64,000 nt of DNA from Carcharhinus longimanus. Taxonomy: Eukaryota. The notes under the pieces were generated by a model. That model ran no database searches. It was not told where the DNA came from and was given only the letters and a program-made list of their open reading frames with translations. The stretch covers positions 43,809,364 to 43,873,363 of the forward strand of contig JASCQW010000043.1 in the NCBI GenBank assembly GCA_030264375.1, in the 5' to 3' direction. The position numbers and the translations under genes were made by a program. Shown piece by piece: positions 1-13,189 of the stretch. Position 1 is the stretch's first letter. Each line of letters opens with the position of its first letter.

Positions 1-150
1 GGTAGCAAAATCCACTAGCTTTCTTGATAAGGAGCAACACTTTGAAAGCTAGTGGATTTTGCTACCAAATAAACCTGTTGGACTTTAACCCGGTGTTGTG
101 AGATTTCTTACTATGTTTACCCCAGTTCAACATTGGCATCTCCACATCAT
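1..150. mobile_element. Penelope-like retroelement terminal fragment
   Basis: AATAAACCTGTTGGACTTTAACC-GGTGTTGTGAGA-TTCTTAC...GGCATCTCCACATC resembles a common elasmobranch repeat end; recognised from memory. Confidence 0.45.
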
Positions 151-2154
151 GACCTCCATTATTATGCAGTGATATAAATTCCATTCTGTGGTGAGGGACG
201 CAGGGAAGACAGTTTCTGTTTGGTTGCCAGGCTTTGCCAAATGGCTGAACACTGAGTTTGATGTGTTACATGATAGTCTCATATATGATATTACTAACTG
301 GAACATTCAGAAGAAGTTGTTGGCAGAAACTAAAATATCCCTGGACAAGGTGCTGAATTGACTCAATGGCTGAAAGTACTGAACAGAACACATTTGATCT
401 GAAAGCTGTTCAAAGCAAGGGAAATTAAAATGATGGCTGCTCGAAATACCCATACTGAGAGCACAGCAGAGCCTGAGAAAAGGAAGATAAGTCACGAGCC
501 ACATGAGTTTGTCAAGTGTTTTTGTTATGGAGGAGACCATCCCCAAGACAAATGCAAGTGTAAAGAGTTCATTTGTTTCACATGCAATAGGAAGTGTCAC
601 ATTAAAGCCAGATGCAGAGTCAAATAGATGGTGCCTAGTTCCCAGAGAAAAAAAACGAGGATGTCAATGAATAGGCTTGAGGAAGATTCGGAAGCAGTTT
701 GAAGTTTATAAGCTTAACATTGTAAAGTTAAATTTAAAAAACGATCCTTAAAATAGTCTTTATTGTTAACGGGTATCCATTAATTGTGGAGGTTGACACA
801 GGCACTTCAGCCATGGTAATAGGACTGTAAGCATACAAGTATTTACAGGGAGGTTTGCAACCTTGAAGCCGAGCAGTACAACAGCCAAGTTGGCAACCAA
901 GACAGTGGAGGCACTGAGGATGTCAACACTGGTGTCTTACCAGCACCAATCTGCCCAGCTACCTCTGATGACAATAAAAGGGCAGAGGCCGAGCCTTATG
1001 AAACGAGGCTGACTGAGGCAAATCAAATTGAATTGGCTGGAAAAATTCTGTATCACAGACAGAGTTTTCCAGTAATTCCTGGACAAGTATCAAGAAGTCT
1101 TTCAGAGACATCTGGGGCGCATATGAGAAGTTAAGGCCAAAATTAATGTGAACCCTGGATCAATGCCAACATTTTTAGAGCCCAGCCTGTGCCTTATGTT
1201 CTGCATGAGGAAGTTGAGGTGGAGTTGAAACAACTGGAAAACCCTAGAAATAATTAAACCGGTACAGCTCTCAGAGTGGGCTGCGCCAATAGACCCAGTG
1301 TTAAAACCAGACTACACAGTGAGGATTTCTGATGATTACAAGCTGACCATGAATAAGGTTGCCCAAATAGATAGATATCCTAACCCTAGGATAGAAGACC
1401 TTTACACAAAACTGATAGGAGGTCTCAAGTAGATGAAATTTGACTTAAGTCATGAGTATCAACGGTTTGAGCCAGAGGAAGACTCAAGGAAATTTGTCAC
1501 CATTTATACACATGAGTGTTTATTCCAATGTACAAGGTTACCCTTTGATGTTTCATGCTCTATCTTTCCATGCACCATGGAAAGCCTTCTCAAAGAGATC
1601 CCAAGAGGTGTTGTGTATCTGGACAATGTCTTAATAACAGGGGCATCACCCAAAGTGCGTAGGGCCAATTTGAAGGCAGCCCTCAAAAGATTCAAAGAAG
1701 CTGGAAAAAAGAAAAATGTACTTTTCAGGCCAATTAGGTCACATACTTAGGATTCAGAGTCGATACACCTGCTAGAAGAAAAGGTAAAGGTAATAAAAGA
1801 GGTACCTGCACCAAAGAACATAGCAGTGTTGAAGTTTTTCTAAGGGATTGTGGCCACTTTTTGCCAAACTTGTCCACCATTTTGGCACCCTTGCACCAAC
1901 TTCTAAAAAAAAATGAATGTTGACAATAGTAGGATTCTTAGAGAAAAGCCTTTCACTGAGGAAAACAAGTCCCACAATCACTTTGACCCAGGCAAGCAGA
2001 TCATAGTGACGTGTGATACATCACCTGATGGCATAGGGGCTGTACTTTCTCTTAAGATGGAAAATGGCAACCTGTTGCTTTTGCTTCCAGGACTTTGTCA
2101 GATGCCGAAAGAAAAAGTTCATAGATTGATGAAGAAAGTCTGGCAATTAGATAT

Positions 2155-3081
2155 GGGGTGGAATTCTCCCAAAAAAATTCTAAATGTCAAATCCACTTAA
2201 AAACTGGAGTAAATCACGTTTGTTTTTCCAGTGGCATTTTCTAAATGAATCTCCCACAGTATGTACTGCAGAGTGCTATAGCGTGAATCTCATTTAAAAA
2301 AGTGAGCTGGAGAGGTTGGCAGCATAGCACTCAGCAGGCCATTGAGCATGCGCTGATCTGTCAGTGCTGAGGCGGGCACATGAGCAGTAGCCCTGCACTG
2401 CTGGCTTCCCAATCGCTGTCCAGCTCAATCGCTGGCCAACCCTGCTATGCTGCAATGCTGCCTCCGACCCTTCCCACGCCCCAATAGCTGGCCTCCTGGA
2501 TGTGTCCAGGCCAGCTTCGACACTCCTTCCCACCTGCTTCGATCTTCCCCACCCTCCCACTGGCAGCCCCAATCCAGCCTCTCAATCCCAAATCTCTGTC
2601 CCNNNNNNNNNNNCCAGGAGGGAAGTGCCAAGGTGCCCCTTGGCATTACCACTTTGCCCTTTGGGCAGTGCTGGGGAGGCAGGTTGGCACTGCCAAGCTG
2701 GCAATATCCAGGGGGCACATCCCTTGCCCCCTGACCTCCTGGGATGCCTACATGCCCCCCTTCACTTCAGCAGGGTTGGGGTCTCCATTAGTGGGAGCTA
2801 TTGTAAACCCCACTGGTGACATGGGGGTGGGGGGAGGCGGGAAAGACTTCAGTCCTGTGCTTGCTATTCAGATGCAAATTTTGATTTTAATAATTTATGC
2901 AGCTCTGTGCTGATTTCTGGCATGGAGCTGACGATGCTGGAAATCCGATAGCCAGAGAGGCTATGGCACCCAGCAGGAAGCCCAGTAAACAGCCACTGCT
3001 TGTGTCTCTCGGCTGGCAACACAACAAAAGCAGCACAGTCAGGTGGGAGGACCTGCCCTTCTGATTTCAAGAAATTCCACC
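2155..3081. mobile_element. Non-autonomous DNA transposon (MITE, probably PIF/Harbinger-derived) nested in the Gypsy RNaseH
   Basis: GC-rich insert splitting RNaseH between AIRYGV and KKFHQY; ends GGTGGAATT / AATTCCACC are inverted repeats. Confidence 0.65.
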
Positions 3082-4040
3082 AATATGTTTACGCCGCCAC
3101 TTCACCATCACCTCGGACCACAAACCGTTACTAGGGCTGCTCTGCAAAGATAAACCAGTCAGCGTACAAAGATGGGTCTTACTTTTAGCTGCTTGTAGTT
3201 ACACTTTTCAACACAAACCAGGGGCACAGATCTCCAATGCCAATGCTCTAAGTCAGCTTTCACCTCCAGGGACAGTATCTTCACCTCCAGTATGACAGGA
3301 GATTGTCTATGCTTTGAATTTTTCAGACATTCTGCCCATTTTATTGGCCCACATCAAGACATAGACCCGGAGCGACTCAGTTCTATCAAAGGTTAAAAGA
3401 ATAGTTTTAACCAGCTGGCATTTGGACAAATCCGAACAAATCTGGTCCGACTTGCACTTGTAGGAGTGATATTAGGTGTGAAGGTGGGGTGCTTTTGTGG
3501 GGGAGTCAAGTGATAGTACCATCCCCACCCCCCCGGGCGACAGCCACTTCTTCAGGAGCTGCAAGGCGCACGTCCTGTGTAGCCCAAGATGAAGATGTTG
3601 GCCAAGAGCTACATGTGTTGGCCAGGAAAAGAGAAAGAAATACAGTGTAGTGAGCCATAGTGAGAATTGCTAAATGCAGTAGAGCCTTCCGTCCAGTGAT
3701 CTAGATCCAGAAGTAATTTCTAGTGTGTCTGCTGCCGACTTGGCACCAGCAGAACCAAATGTTTCCCAAGGAGGGCCTCGTCTGTCAGCGTAAACAGAGG
3801 AGGAAGGCATCAACCCCAGCTCAAAACTGGAATTTGTCAACACACCAACCATTGTTGTAGACTCTGATACCTCCAGCCTGGAGAACCCAGTAACGGAGAT
3901 GCAACGGTCTGCAAAAGTTCAGAAATCTCCAAATTGATTGACTTATGAACTTTGCCGACTGGCCAGCATTCTGGAGAGTCTGCTATGACTGTATGCAATT
4001 GTATATGAGTTTTTTTGTAAGGGAAATTAAGGAGGAGAAA

Positions 4041-4281
4041 TGTAATTTTATGACTTCTCTAAGGAGTCTCTCATTTGTGGACACATGACCCTCCTGGGCC
4101 TATCAGAATGGAGGGTGTGAACCTCAGCCTATAGGGTGCAGGTCCAGGTAGGTGGAACATGCAATGTGAGCCTGGGAGCAGGTGGGACTAGACCTGTACT
4201 GAGCTTGTCTGTATGTAGTTATCACTATCGTTCAATAAATGATCATTGTGAATTAAGGCTTCCTCATCGTATTATTTCACA
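4041..4281 (+). repeat. 3' LTR of the Gypsy element
   Basis: Polypurine tract AAGGAGGAGAAA 4029-4040 directly followed by TGTAAT; AATAAA ~4234; ends ...TTTCACA at 4281 (TG...CA termini). Confidence 0.7.
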
Positions 4282-4419
4282 TTATAATAATGGAAATGTG
4301 GTCTTCATGAATGACTGACAGGTTTGAGGGCCTGCTTCTCATCTATATATTAATAAGATGCCATTTGTGCAGGATTGTACAGAGATGGCAAAGTTAAATT
4401 AGCTGTAAAACAATCAGTG

Positions 4420-5140
4420 CTGATGTCGCATTTGCTGGGAGTATGCGACATCCCTGTGGACTGTAACCCTTTGAATGATGGAATGTTCTGCTGAGAGCGT
4501 GAGTTTGGAGTGAGGAGATGGCTCACCAATGCTGGCAGACCAGATGAGATCATTCACAGGGCAATTTATTTTTGGGGACCACAGGTACTGACCTCACCGG
4601 TGGCCTCCTCCCAGGATGGCATGGCCATGTTGGATGACTACCTTCTGCTGTCCTAGTCAACCTGGAGGAGTCTCTCCAGCAATGTCTCGCTGAATTCTGG
4701 AGTAGAGGGTTTTGTTCATCTAGGCGTCATGGACAATAAGTTCCTAACACAACTCGCCACAGAGAGTGAATGTTTGTGTGGGTGCCGTTTAATTTTTGGC
4801 ACAGGATCTCTGACCCTCTGAGGTAACAGTGGGACAGGCAGATCAGTGTTCACCCTGCCATGAGATTTAATGATCCCCTTGTTGATGCATAATAATAACA
4901 TGAAAAGTAGAAGCTCTGCCACGAGAACCCACCCTACCCCCCAGCAGGAATAGTGTGGAATTTCCCACCCAGCATCACATTTAAGGGGGAATTTTCCCAT
5001 CCTGCCTGCCATGGGAATCGTAGCAGGTGAGGTGCAGACCATACAAAGGTCTATTGACCTCAGACTGGATTTTCCAATTTTGGGGCGGACACAGCTGGAA
5101 ATTCCTGCCGTTAGTCTCCAGAACAGAAGATTCCACCCTA
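4420..5140 (-). mobile_element. Harbinger-like transposon remnant with decayed Myb/SANT-like ORF
   Basis: Minus strand from 4730: MTPR*TKPSTPEFSETLLERLLQVD*...PSWEEATGEVS...VNDLIWSA, resembling Myb/SANT-like (trihelix) proteins of PIF/Harbinger elements; TIR-like GATTCCACCC at ~5129-5138. Confidence 0.6.
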
Positions 5141-5759
5141 TATTGAAACTTCTGTTGGTGTAGACTCTTCCCTTCAGAAAAGTGAACAAAGTGTATGGTC
5201 CATCTGTGTTAATCAAAGGACAATAAACAGTTCAAGCTCAGCTAAGACTTTAACAAATTTAGAAAAAAACACATCAGTCCTACAACAAATAAATGGTGTG
5301 GAAACATGATTGTGCCATGAAATAATCTAAACACTCATCAGAATGTTTGATTACACACAGCAATCCAGCAAAGTGGTTAAGTGTAATTTCAGACACTTCC
5401 AACAAAAGCAACAAGGATGATTATCATTTGATGTCTAGAGTAAACCGAGGAAGCTAATAAGTGTAACACTATGTAACAGTGGCCTACATCATGCAATTAT
5501 TCTGTACGCACAATCCCTCCCTTCTTAGTAGCTCTCCAACCTGATTCTTTACAAGCCCGTCTAATAGTTATACATTCAAAATCTGCCAGTGAGGTTGTGT
5601 GGACTTCACAAAATCAGAAGAGTGATGTCAAAATCCAATGGAGCTTTGTGGAAGATTTTTTCCCACAAAGCCACTATTTACAGGTACATATAAACTCCCT
5701 TCAGATACTCGCTTCATATTCTTTGGCATGCTTTAATTGCTCTTTTGTTGAGTATTGGT

Positions 5760-5920
5760 AACATAGAAACATAGAAAACAGAAGCAGGAGTAGCCCCTTT
5801 GAACCTACTTCCCCATTCATTTTAATCATGGCTGATCGTCAAAATTCAATATCCTGATCCTGCCTCCCCACCCCACCCCCATATCGCTCGATCCCTTTAG
5901 TCCTAAGAACTATATCTATA
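5760..5920 (-). mobile_element. CR1-like LINE 3' end fragment
   Basis: (ACATAGAA)n tail followed by GCAGGAGTAG...ATCATGGCTGATC typical of CR1 3' UTRs. Confidence 0.65.
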
Positions 5921-7379
5921 GAGGTAACATCACAAATTATCGTGCATGCTCTGATAACCATTACCCAGTAAAGCTTTCCATTGGTAGCTGAATGATGGCT
6001 GACTATGTTCTGTAATATTTGCAGAACAAATTCTTAGAATTACAAGTGTGTTTCAGAGTGTTGACTGAGCTCATTACCAATTTATTCATAATTTGTTTCT
6101 TTTTATCCTGCTCTAGTTTAGAGACATGTGAAAATACACCTTACTGAACTCCATTAAGAATATTCATCTTTTTTGGAATGTTATAATGTGATAGATTTTC
6201 ACTACACTGCGATAATACAGCATCATATGAACTCAGCTCTTAGTTCAACCAGTCACATATGGCAGGCAGCTCACCTGACAACTCCCTCAGCCAAGATAAG
6301 AAGTATAAACCAAGAGAAAATACACAGAAACAATGAAGTGCCAGAGTTGTGATCATGGTTAAGGTAGAATGCTAGCAGATCTCCAGACCGGAAGTTGCAA
6401 AGCAGAATGTATATTGGTTACGCTGTTGGATCTTTTACTAACCCCCTATGTCCTAATGAAGCTTCAGTGGAACTCTCACCAGCTGAAGGACCTAGGAGCT
6501 CTGCAGCCAAAGGCAATTGATCCCAGATGGGATTGATTACCTTGTTTGTCTCAGCAAATGGCTCCTTTCAGAGTTAAAAATATTCTTTTCTATGTTTTCT
6601 TAGGCCTAGGAGGGCCTCAGGGAACTTACGGTGAAGAGGCTGTGAGCGGCTCTGTGTTATTGACCAAGAACCACTGAAGCAGCCTTGTTTGGCAGCCCAC
6701 CCTGATTACATAAATGACCCCATCCCTGAAATTTTGGATTGGGTACACTTGTTACTCGACAGGAAGATCAAGGTTCTGCTCCATAACTCTTCCATTAGTA
6801 GGTCAGCCCAGCAGGAATGCTAAATCTCTGAATGTATTAGATTGTTACCGTTGCATCAATATAAAACAATTATAGTGTACATCAATGTGAAAGAGGCAGT
6901 TGTGTTGTGAAGTTGACTGCTAAGTGCATCAAAGCCAAGTGCTAAAAATCTAATAGCATTGTGATTTTTTTCTACGACTAAGTGAAATTGGATGCCCTCA
7001 ACCACTGCTTTTCTATCATTAAAAATGAGGGGACAGTGCACAATATGTTTATCCAAACAGACATTTGCATTTATTTCTAAATTCTATGTTAGGTGCTGCT
7101 GACAGAAAAACTCAGCTGACAATAGTCTAAGGATACTGGCCTAAGGTCAAAATTCGTAGTATAAGTTTAGCATCATATTTCTTTTTTCTGTTTCCCATTA
7201 GGAATTCAGCTAAGTCTCCAACAGTGCACATGAGGAATTGCAAACGCAAATCTACATCCTTTTACTCCACAGCACAGAGCTGCAACACCAAGGAGCACTG
7301 AGGAAGAAGTGAAGTGGAAATCGTCATTTTCAGAGCTTGTAAAACTCAGAACTTTGGATGTTAGTATTCAATGCTAATT

Positions 7380-8015
7380 TTTATAAGGCAGAAGACTGAG
7401 GGTGACTGGATAGAAATTTTTAAGATTATGAATGCTGGAAATTAGCAATATGTTTCACTTGTGGAGGGTCCAAAACTCGAGGGCATAAACATAAAACAGT
7501 CACTAATAAGCCAAGTAGCAAATTCAGAAGACCCTTCTTTACCTAAAGAATGATTAGAAGCAGGAACTTGCTACCGCATGGAACAGCTGAGGCAAATAAC
7601 ATTGACACTGTTGATGGTGGTGTGCTACAGATCACTCAGGGAGTCCAAGTTGCTGTGGCAACATGATTTTATAGTCTGCAGCTATGGATGCTGATGGAGG
7701 AGGCTCCAACTTCTTTTCATCACATGGTCTGCATAAAAAGGAGTTGAAAGTTGATAATCAATATATTTGGTCACATTATGAATGCACCTTCTTTGGCTAT
7801 CAAGTTGGGATGCAAAGACAAAGCCTCTGACTCAAAGGCAGGAATGGTACCCAATACATCACAATATTGAGCTAAACAACCACATGACAGAGAAAGGTTG
7901 CGTTGATCAGATTAGATGAAGAAGGGTGGAAAAAGGCTTATATAGAGTGTAAATAGTGGATCCATGAGGCTGGAAGGCATATTTCTGCATTGAACACTCT
8001 ATGTAATTCTATGAA
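7380..8015 (+). mobile_element. CR1-like LINE 3' fragment interrupted by another repeat (~7620-7870)
   Basis: AGACTGAGGGTGAC..ATAGAAATTTTTAAGATTATG (end of CR1 RT) and (TTCTATG)-type tail near 8000. Confidence 0.6.
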
Positions 8016-8541
8016 AGTGTTGATGCCTCTTAATTGGTGTATGGAAGGAGTGACAGCATAGCTGTACCATTCTAGGAAGAATACCTTGTAGGTACACAAG
8101 AAGTCAAGAAGTTAATTTTAATTTTGGCATTCATTTACAAATTAATTGTGACACAGTTTAGAACAGTAGTTTGTTGGACNNNNNNNNNNNNNNNNNNNNN
8201 NNNNNNNNNNNNNNNNNNNNNNNNNNNNNNNNNNNNNNNNNNNNNNNNNNNNNNNNNNNNNNNNNNNNNNNNNNNNNNNNNNNNNNNNNNNNNNNNNNNN
8301 NNNNNNNNNNNNNNNNNNNNNNNNNNNNNNNNNNNNNNNNNNNNNNNNNNNNNNNNNNNNNNNNNNNNNNNNNNNNNNNNNNNNNNNNNNNNNNNNNNNN
8401 NNNNNNNNNNNNNNNNNNNNNNNNNNNNNNNNNNNNNNNNNNNNNNNNNNNNNNNNNNNNNNNNNNNNNNNNNNNNNNNNNNNNNNNNNNNNNNNNNNNN
8501 NNNNNNNNNNNNNNNNNNNNNNNNNNNNNNNNNNNNNNNNN

Positions 8542-9015
8542 CTACTTACCTAGATCCGTGCAACACTCAAGAAGTTTGATAGCATCCAACACAAAACAGC
8601 CTTCCAAATTGGAACCCATCTGCCATTTTAAACATTCATGCCTTCCTCTACTGACAAACTGTGGAAGCCTGTTGTACCATCTACAAGGTCCACTGTGGCG
8701 ACTCACCAAAACTCCTTCTACAGCAGCTACCAAACCTGTCACCTCTACCATCTGGAAAGACAAGGGCAGCAGATACATGGGAACACAAGTTCCCCTCCAA
8801 ACCACTCACCATCCTGACTTGGAAATATATCACAATTCCTTCACCCATCACTGGGTCAAAATCATAGACCTCCCTCCCTAACAGTACTGTGGGTGTACCT
8901 GTAGCACATTAAATGCAGTGGTTCAAGAAGACTGCTCACCACCACTTCTCAAGGGCAATTAGGGATAAACAATACATGCTGGCCTAGCCAGAAATGCCCA
9001 CATCTGAGAAAGCAT
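8542..9015 (+). mobile_element. LINE 3' end (CR1/L2-group) fragment
   Basis: RT C-terminal remnant followed by tail GGTTCAAGAAG..GCTCACCACCAC.TTCTCAAGGGCAATTAGGGAT..GCTGGCCTAGCCAG..GCCCACATC. Confidence 0.65.
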
Positions 9016-9624
9016 CTTAAACATTCAAAAGCTTGCAAATCAAGGGCATGGATCAGGAAGGGAAAAGCTTTCAAGTAGACATATCATTTATAAAATTGTG
9101 AGATTTATTGAATAAAAAGGTGAGCCACTTCAAAGTATGTTACTTTTTAAATGAATATCAGTGACTGTCATTCTAAATAAGTGAAATTTGATGGAGGTGA
9201 AAGCAATCAGTGAGACATTTCTTACAAATGAATGAAGTGAGAGATATTCAGAGGCGCACAATGAAACCATCCAATAGAACAGTTACAATAAGTAAGGGAT
9301 ACTCAGTGCGAAAGTGCAGAAATAGAATCCTGGAGATGTTGGAAGGAAGGCAACTTATTCATAGTTTCCAAAAGGGTATTGGATATTTATCTGAATAGGA
9401 AGGATTTGAATGGCTACAGGAAAAAGCAGGGGTATGTGAAGAGCAGACTTGTCCTTGCAGAGAGCAGGCATGGAAACAGCAGTCTAAATGTCCCCTTTTC
9501 TGTGCTGTGACCACTCTAGAATTCGGTGAAATCTGAAATAATCCGAAAGTATGAGCATTGCAAATTCAAGATCATTGTCTTAACTTTAAAATAAAAGATT
9601 GTTGAAAAAAAAACTGTGAAATTT

Positions 9625-10030
9625 TGAAATCTGAAAAAAAAGGCTGAGAATGTTGGATATACTCAGCAGGTCAGACAGCATATTTGGAGAGAAAAGCAGA
9701 GTTAACCATCGAAAACCTCCAACTTTGGCCGCGGCTGGGATTCTCCGGTGCCGCTGCAGCGAATGGAGTTTTGGCTGAGCACCAAATTCTCCATTCTCAC
9801 TGGCAGCAGGATGGGAATGGACAAGATTGGAGAATCCTGCCCAACATCCCATGTTGATGATCTTTTGTCAGATGTTGAAGGAGTTAGGGGGGTAACTGAA
9901 GCAAGTCCGGAGTGGAGAGGAGAGGGACGGACAAAAGGGAAGGTCTTTGATGAGGTGGAAGGCAGAAGTAACCAAGAGGGTGGTGGTACAAGGAAGAAAG
10001 AGATGGTTGTGAGATAAGTAAAAGAAACAA
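9625..10030. mobile_element. Penelope-like fragment with a MITE piece inserted (~9708-9842)
   Basis: GAAATCTGAAA..ATACTCAGCAGGTC.GACAGCAT..GGAGAGAAAAGCAGAGTTAAC end; the GC-rich insert ends in GGAGAATCCTGCCC, the same TIR type as the other MITEs. Confidence 0.55.
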
Positions 10031-12134
10031 NNNNNNNNNNNNNNNNNNNNNNNNNNNNNNNNNNNNNNNNNNNNNNNNNNNNNNNNNNNNNNNNNNNNNN
10101 NNNNNNNNNNNNNNNNNNNNNNNNNNNNNNNNNNNNNNNACATGACATGTTTATTAAGATGCAGTTTTTCTGTTACTTCTATGCCAATTTGCAAAAGTTT
10201 TGAGTGCATATGCATTGATGACTAAGTAGCAGCATGGCATCAGAATTGGGTCCTCTTTTCATTGCACAATGCATACAAATTGAGCAATACGAAGTTCCCA
10301 TGAGAATGCTGCTCCCCACAATTTGGATTCAGCACCATATGAAATAGAACTTAGTGTAGCATGAAACTGAGCCTAATACAAACTTAGGCAGCCTAACTGG
10401 ATATTCCCAACTGCCCAATAAAAAACATTATTGGCTGCTGTGTTGTTTGCACATGGACAGCACTCTCCCCGACTAGCAGAGTGAGATTTGCAGTAAAATA
10501 TTTAAATCTCTACAGTTATTGTTCTCAGGCCACCAGTGCAACATAACTATGTTGAAGTATCATACAAATCCTATGCTAAAGTTGCATGATTAAGTCTTAA
10601 GCAGTGTACTGGTGAGTGTGCGTGTTAGGATGGTTGATGCATGATAGTTATTATATTTGCACTTTTTATTTTATAGAATAATATAAAAATGATTATTTTC
10701 AACACCTCGATGGTGTGCATCAAAATATCATTGAAACAATGCAAACAAATGGTAGTTTCTGATTCAGTTTCCTTTGACAAATTTATATTATTTAAAATCT
10801 AGCCTTTGTAATATTGCATTGTAATATTGTGGCAAGTCGCTAATGTGTGATGCCATATACTAATCAAAACCCAATGTTAATTCACACTAACCACATAATG
10901 ACAGATAAATCAAAATGTTCAGGACAGGGGGAAGTGTAATCAAGCCACTTTCAGTTGTCAGGATAATTTCACATTCCCTCCCTCCTTAATTCTCCACTTT
11001 AGGCATTTTATTCGCTCTGCTTAATCTCTGGCTTGTCCAAGGTCCATCATCCTGAATCTTCAAGTTCTGAAACATCCTCCTCTCAGGCTCACCTTGGGTG
11101 TTTCAACTCCACTGCATTTACTCCCTCCAAGTCCCATCCTAAATGATCCAGTCCCACCCAAAACCTCAGTTCCTTAAAGTTCACAGGAAAATTCCTACTG
11201 CTACCTGATGGTATCCCTAACAGCATTGTTTGACCTCCCTGCCACACATCCCAACATCCTCCCCATCCTCCAAGTTCCTTCCTGCTGGGACTGCCAACAA
11301 AACCTTGGGAATTTATGCAATAAAAAATATGCCTTGTAACATTTCTGATTCGATGCAGAAATGTCACTGCGCTTCTCAGAGTTAAACAAGTAATAGTCCT
11401 CAAAGAGTTAATGTGCAAGAACTGTTCCAATCCATAATAAGTTGACAGGAGCGGTGATAACTTTACTCCAGTATATACCAACTGGGTGACACTCTCCATA
11501 TGTTTTTTTCCTGACTGTGAAAGAGGCCCAATTCAAACCATCTGCCTTAAGGCAAGGGGTGAGTGATAGCACCCACAACGCATTGGTCTCATCTCAGTTA
11601 ATGACTACTCCAGAAACAAAGCAAGCCACTGTTGTGGCAAACAACTCAGACCACAATGCCTCATCATCTGATCCACTTGCGGCAAGAACAGGCTTCTGAC
11701 AGCATCTAGCATTCACAACATCCAGCCAAATGAATGGTTGAAAAGCAGAAGAGATTCTGCAGTCAGGTATGGGAGAAAAGAGTTAACTTACAAATGGCTT
11801 GATGTCTTTCATCCGTCACTAACCAGCGTTGATGAAATTAAAAGTGTCTGTGTTGCGGATAAGTGTTAGTTTACCAGCAGAATCAGAACTTTGCCCAAAT
11901 GTCACTTCTTGAGGCATTTATGTAAAGTTCAGCTCCTCTCCCTGTATTCGATCTGCACCTCTCGATCAACTGCCTCACCTTTTCTCTTCACGCTACACAG
12001 GAATTCAAAGCCAGGTGAGAATCTGTACCTTTCTGCATTGACGTGCCAGAGATGCTCCAAAAAATAGATTTTTGAGTGTGTTATTGTGGTGAGCATTATG
12101 AGTATGTCAAAGAACAGTAACACCGGTTTAAAAA

Positions 12135-12828
12135 AGTAAGAGAGGATCTGATTGAGGTATATAAAATTTTATAAAGGATTCATAAAGTAAATGTAGACCA
12201 AATGTTTCCTCTTATGATGCAATCTAGAACAAGACACCACAAGTATAGGTTGAGAACTGGTAGAGGCAGGGCAGCATGGTGGCACAGTGGTTTAGCACTG
12301 CTGCCTCACAGCACTAGGGACCTGGGTTCGATTCCCAGTTTGAGTCACTACCTTTGTGGAATTTGCACCTGTGCCTGGATGGGCTTCCTCCAGGTGCTCC
12401 AGTTTCCTCCCACGATCTGAAAGATGCGCTGTTGTCCTGACCTGAAAAGGCACTGGAGTGTGGCACCTAGGGGAATTTTGCAGTAACTTCATTGCAGTGT
12501 TAATGTAAGCCTTACTTGTAACTAATAAATAAACTTTGAAAAACTTTAAAAGATCTAAAACTGAGATGAGGAGGAACTATTTCTTGCAAAGGATAGTGTG
12601 TTTGTGGAAAGGGCTGCCCCATATCATGGTGAAGTGTGAATCGTTGAATGATTTCAGGAGTTGATAGACATATTTCTAATTAAAGAAAAGAGAAAAAGGG
12701 ATAAGGGGAACAGGTGGGTAAGGGGATTTGAGACCAGGGAGAGATCAGCCATGATCTGATTGAATGGTGGTGCAGGCTCAAAGGGCTGAATTTGCTTACT
12801 TCTGCTCCAAAATTCTTATGTTCCCATG
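12135..12828 (+). mobile_element. CR1-like LINE 3' fragment, split by a SINE
   Basis: GAGAGGATCTGATTGAGGTATATAAAAT...; resumes at ~12550 with GAGATGAGGAGGAAC; 3' UTR GATCAGCCATGATCTGATTGAATGG and TTCTTATGTTC tail. Confidence 0.75.
12269..12548 (+). mobile_element. tRNA-derived SINE (elasmobranch HE1-like)
   Basis: A-box TGGCACAGTGG 12280-12290, B-box GGTTCGATTCC 12325-12335, core GGTGCTCCAGTTTCCTCCCAC, tail AATAAATAAACTTT. Confidence 0.8.
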
Positions 12829-12829
12829 T

Positions 12830-13130
12830 AAAATAAGAACAGGAGTAGGCCATCTGGCCCATCGTGTCTGCTTTGCCATTTAATAAAAGTTTATGACTGA
12901 TGTGATTTGGCATTAACTTCACCTTCCCACCTATCACCAAACTCCTTGACTCCCTTAGTGATCAAGAAATTGTCTAACTCGGCTTTTCATATTTTTATCG
13001 ACTCAGTCACCAGTGCTTTGCGAGGTAGAGAATTCCAAAAATTAGTGATTCTCTGAAAGTAGAATTTCACCCTGTTCTTCATCTTAAATGGGAGGTCCTT
13101 TATTTGTCCCCTAGTTCTGTATTTCGCCAC
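12830..13130 (-). mobile_element. CR1-like LINE 3' fragment, tail-to-tail with the previous copy
   Basis: ATAAGAACAGGAGTAGGCCAT start; minus ORF 12987-13190 contains RTRG...FYFQRITNFWNSLP (CR1 ORF2 C-terminus). Confidence 0.75.
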
Positions 13131-13189
13131 TGATGGAACTGTCTCCAAAAGTGTTTCAGCAAAAGAATCTGGAATCTTACCACCATTCA

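Larger units (their letters stand above)
150..4281 (+). mobile_element. Degenerate Gypsy/Ty3 LTR retrotransposon (gag-pro-RT-RNaseH-partial integrase, 3' LTR)
   Basis: Zinc knuckles (CFCYGGDH..C..CFTCNRKCHIKARC, 430-627), protease motif VEVDTG ~787-803, RT (FDLSHEY, RLPF, VYLDNVLITG, 1433-1750), RNaseH (CDTSPDGIGAVLS; KKFHQYVY..TSDHKPLLGL ~3069-3140), integrase zinc-finger remnant (MKMLAKSY ~3589). Many stops and frameshifts. Confidence 0.92.

Noticed and set aside
12269-12340. tRNA gene
   Set aside because: The A/B boxes belong to a SINE head that continues into the SINE body.
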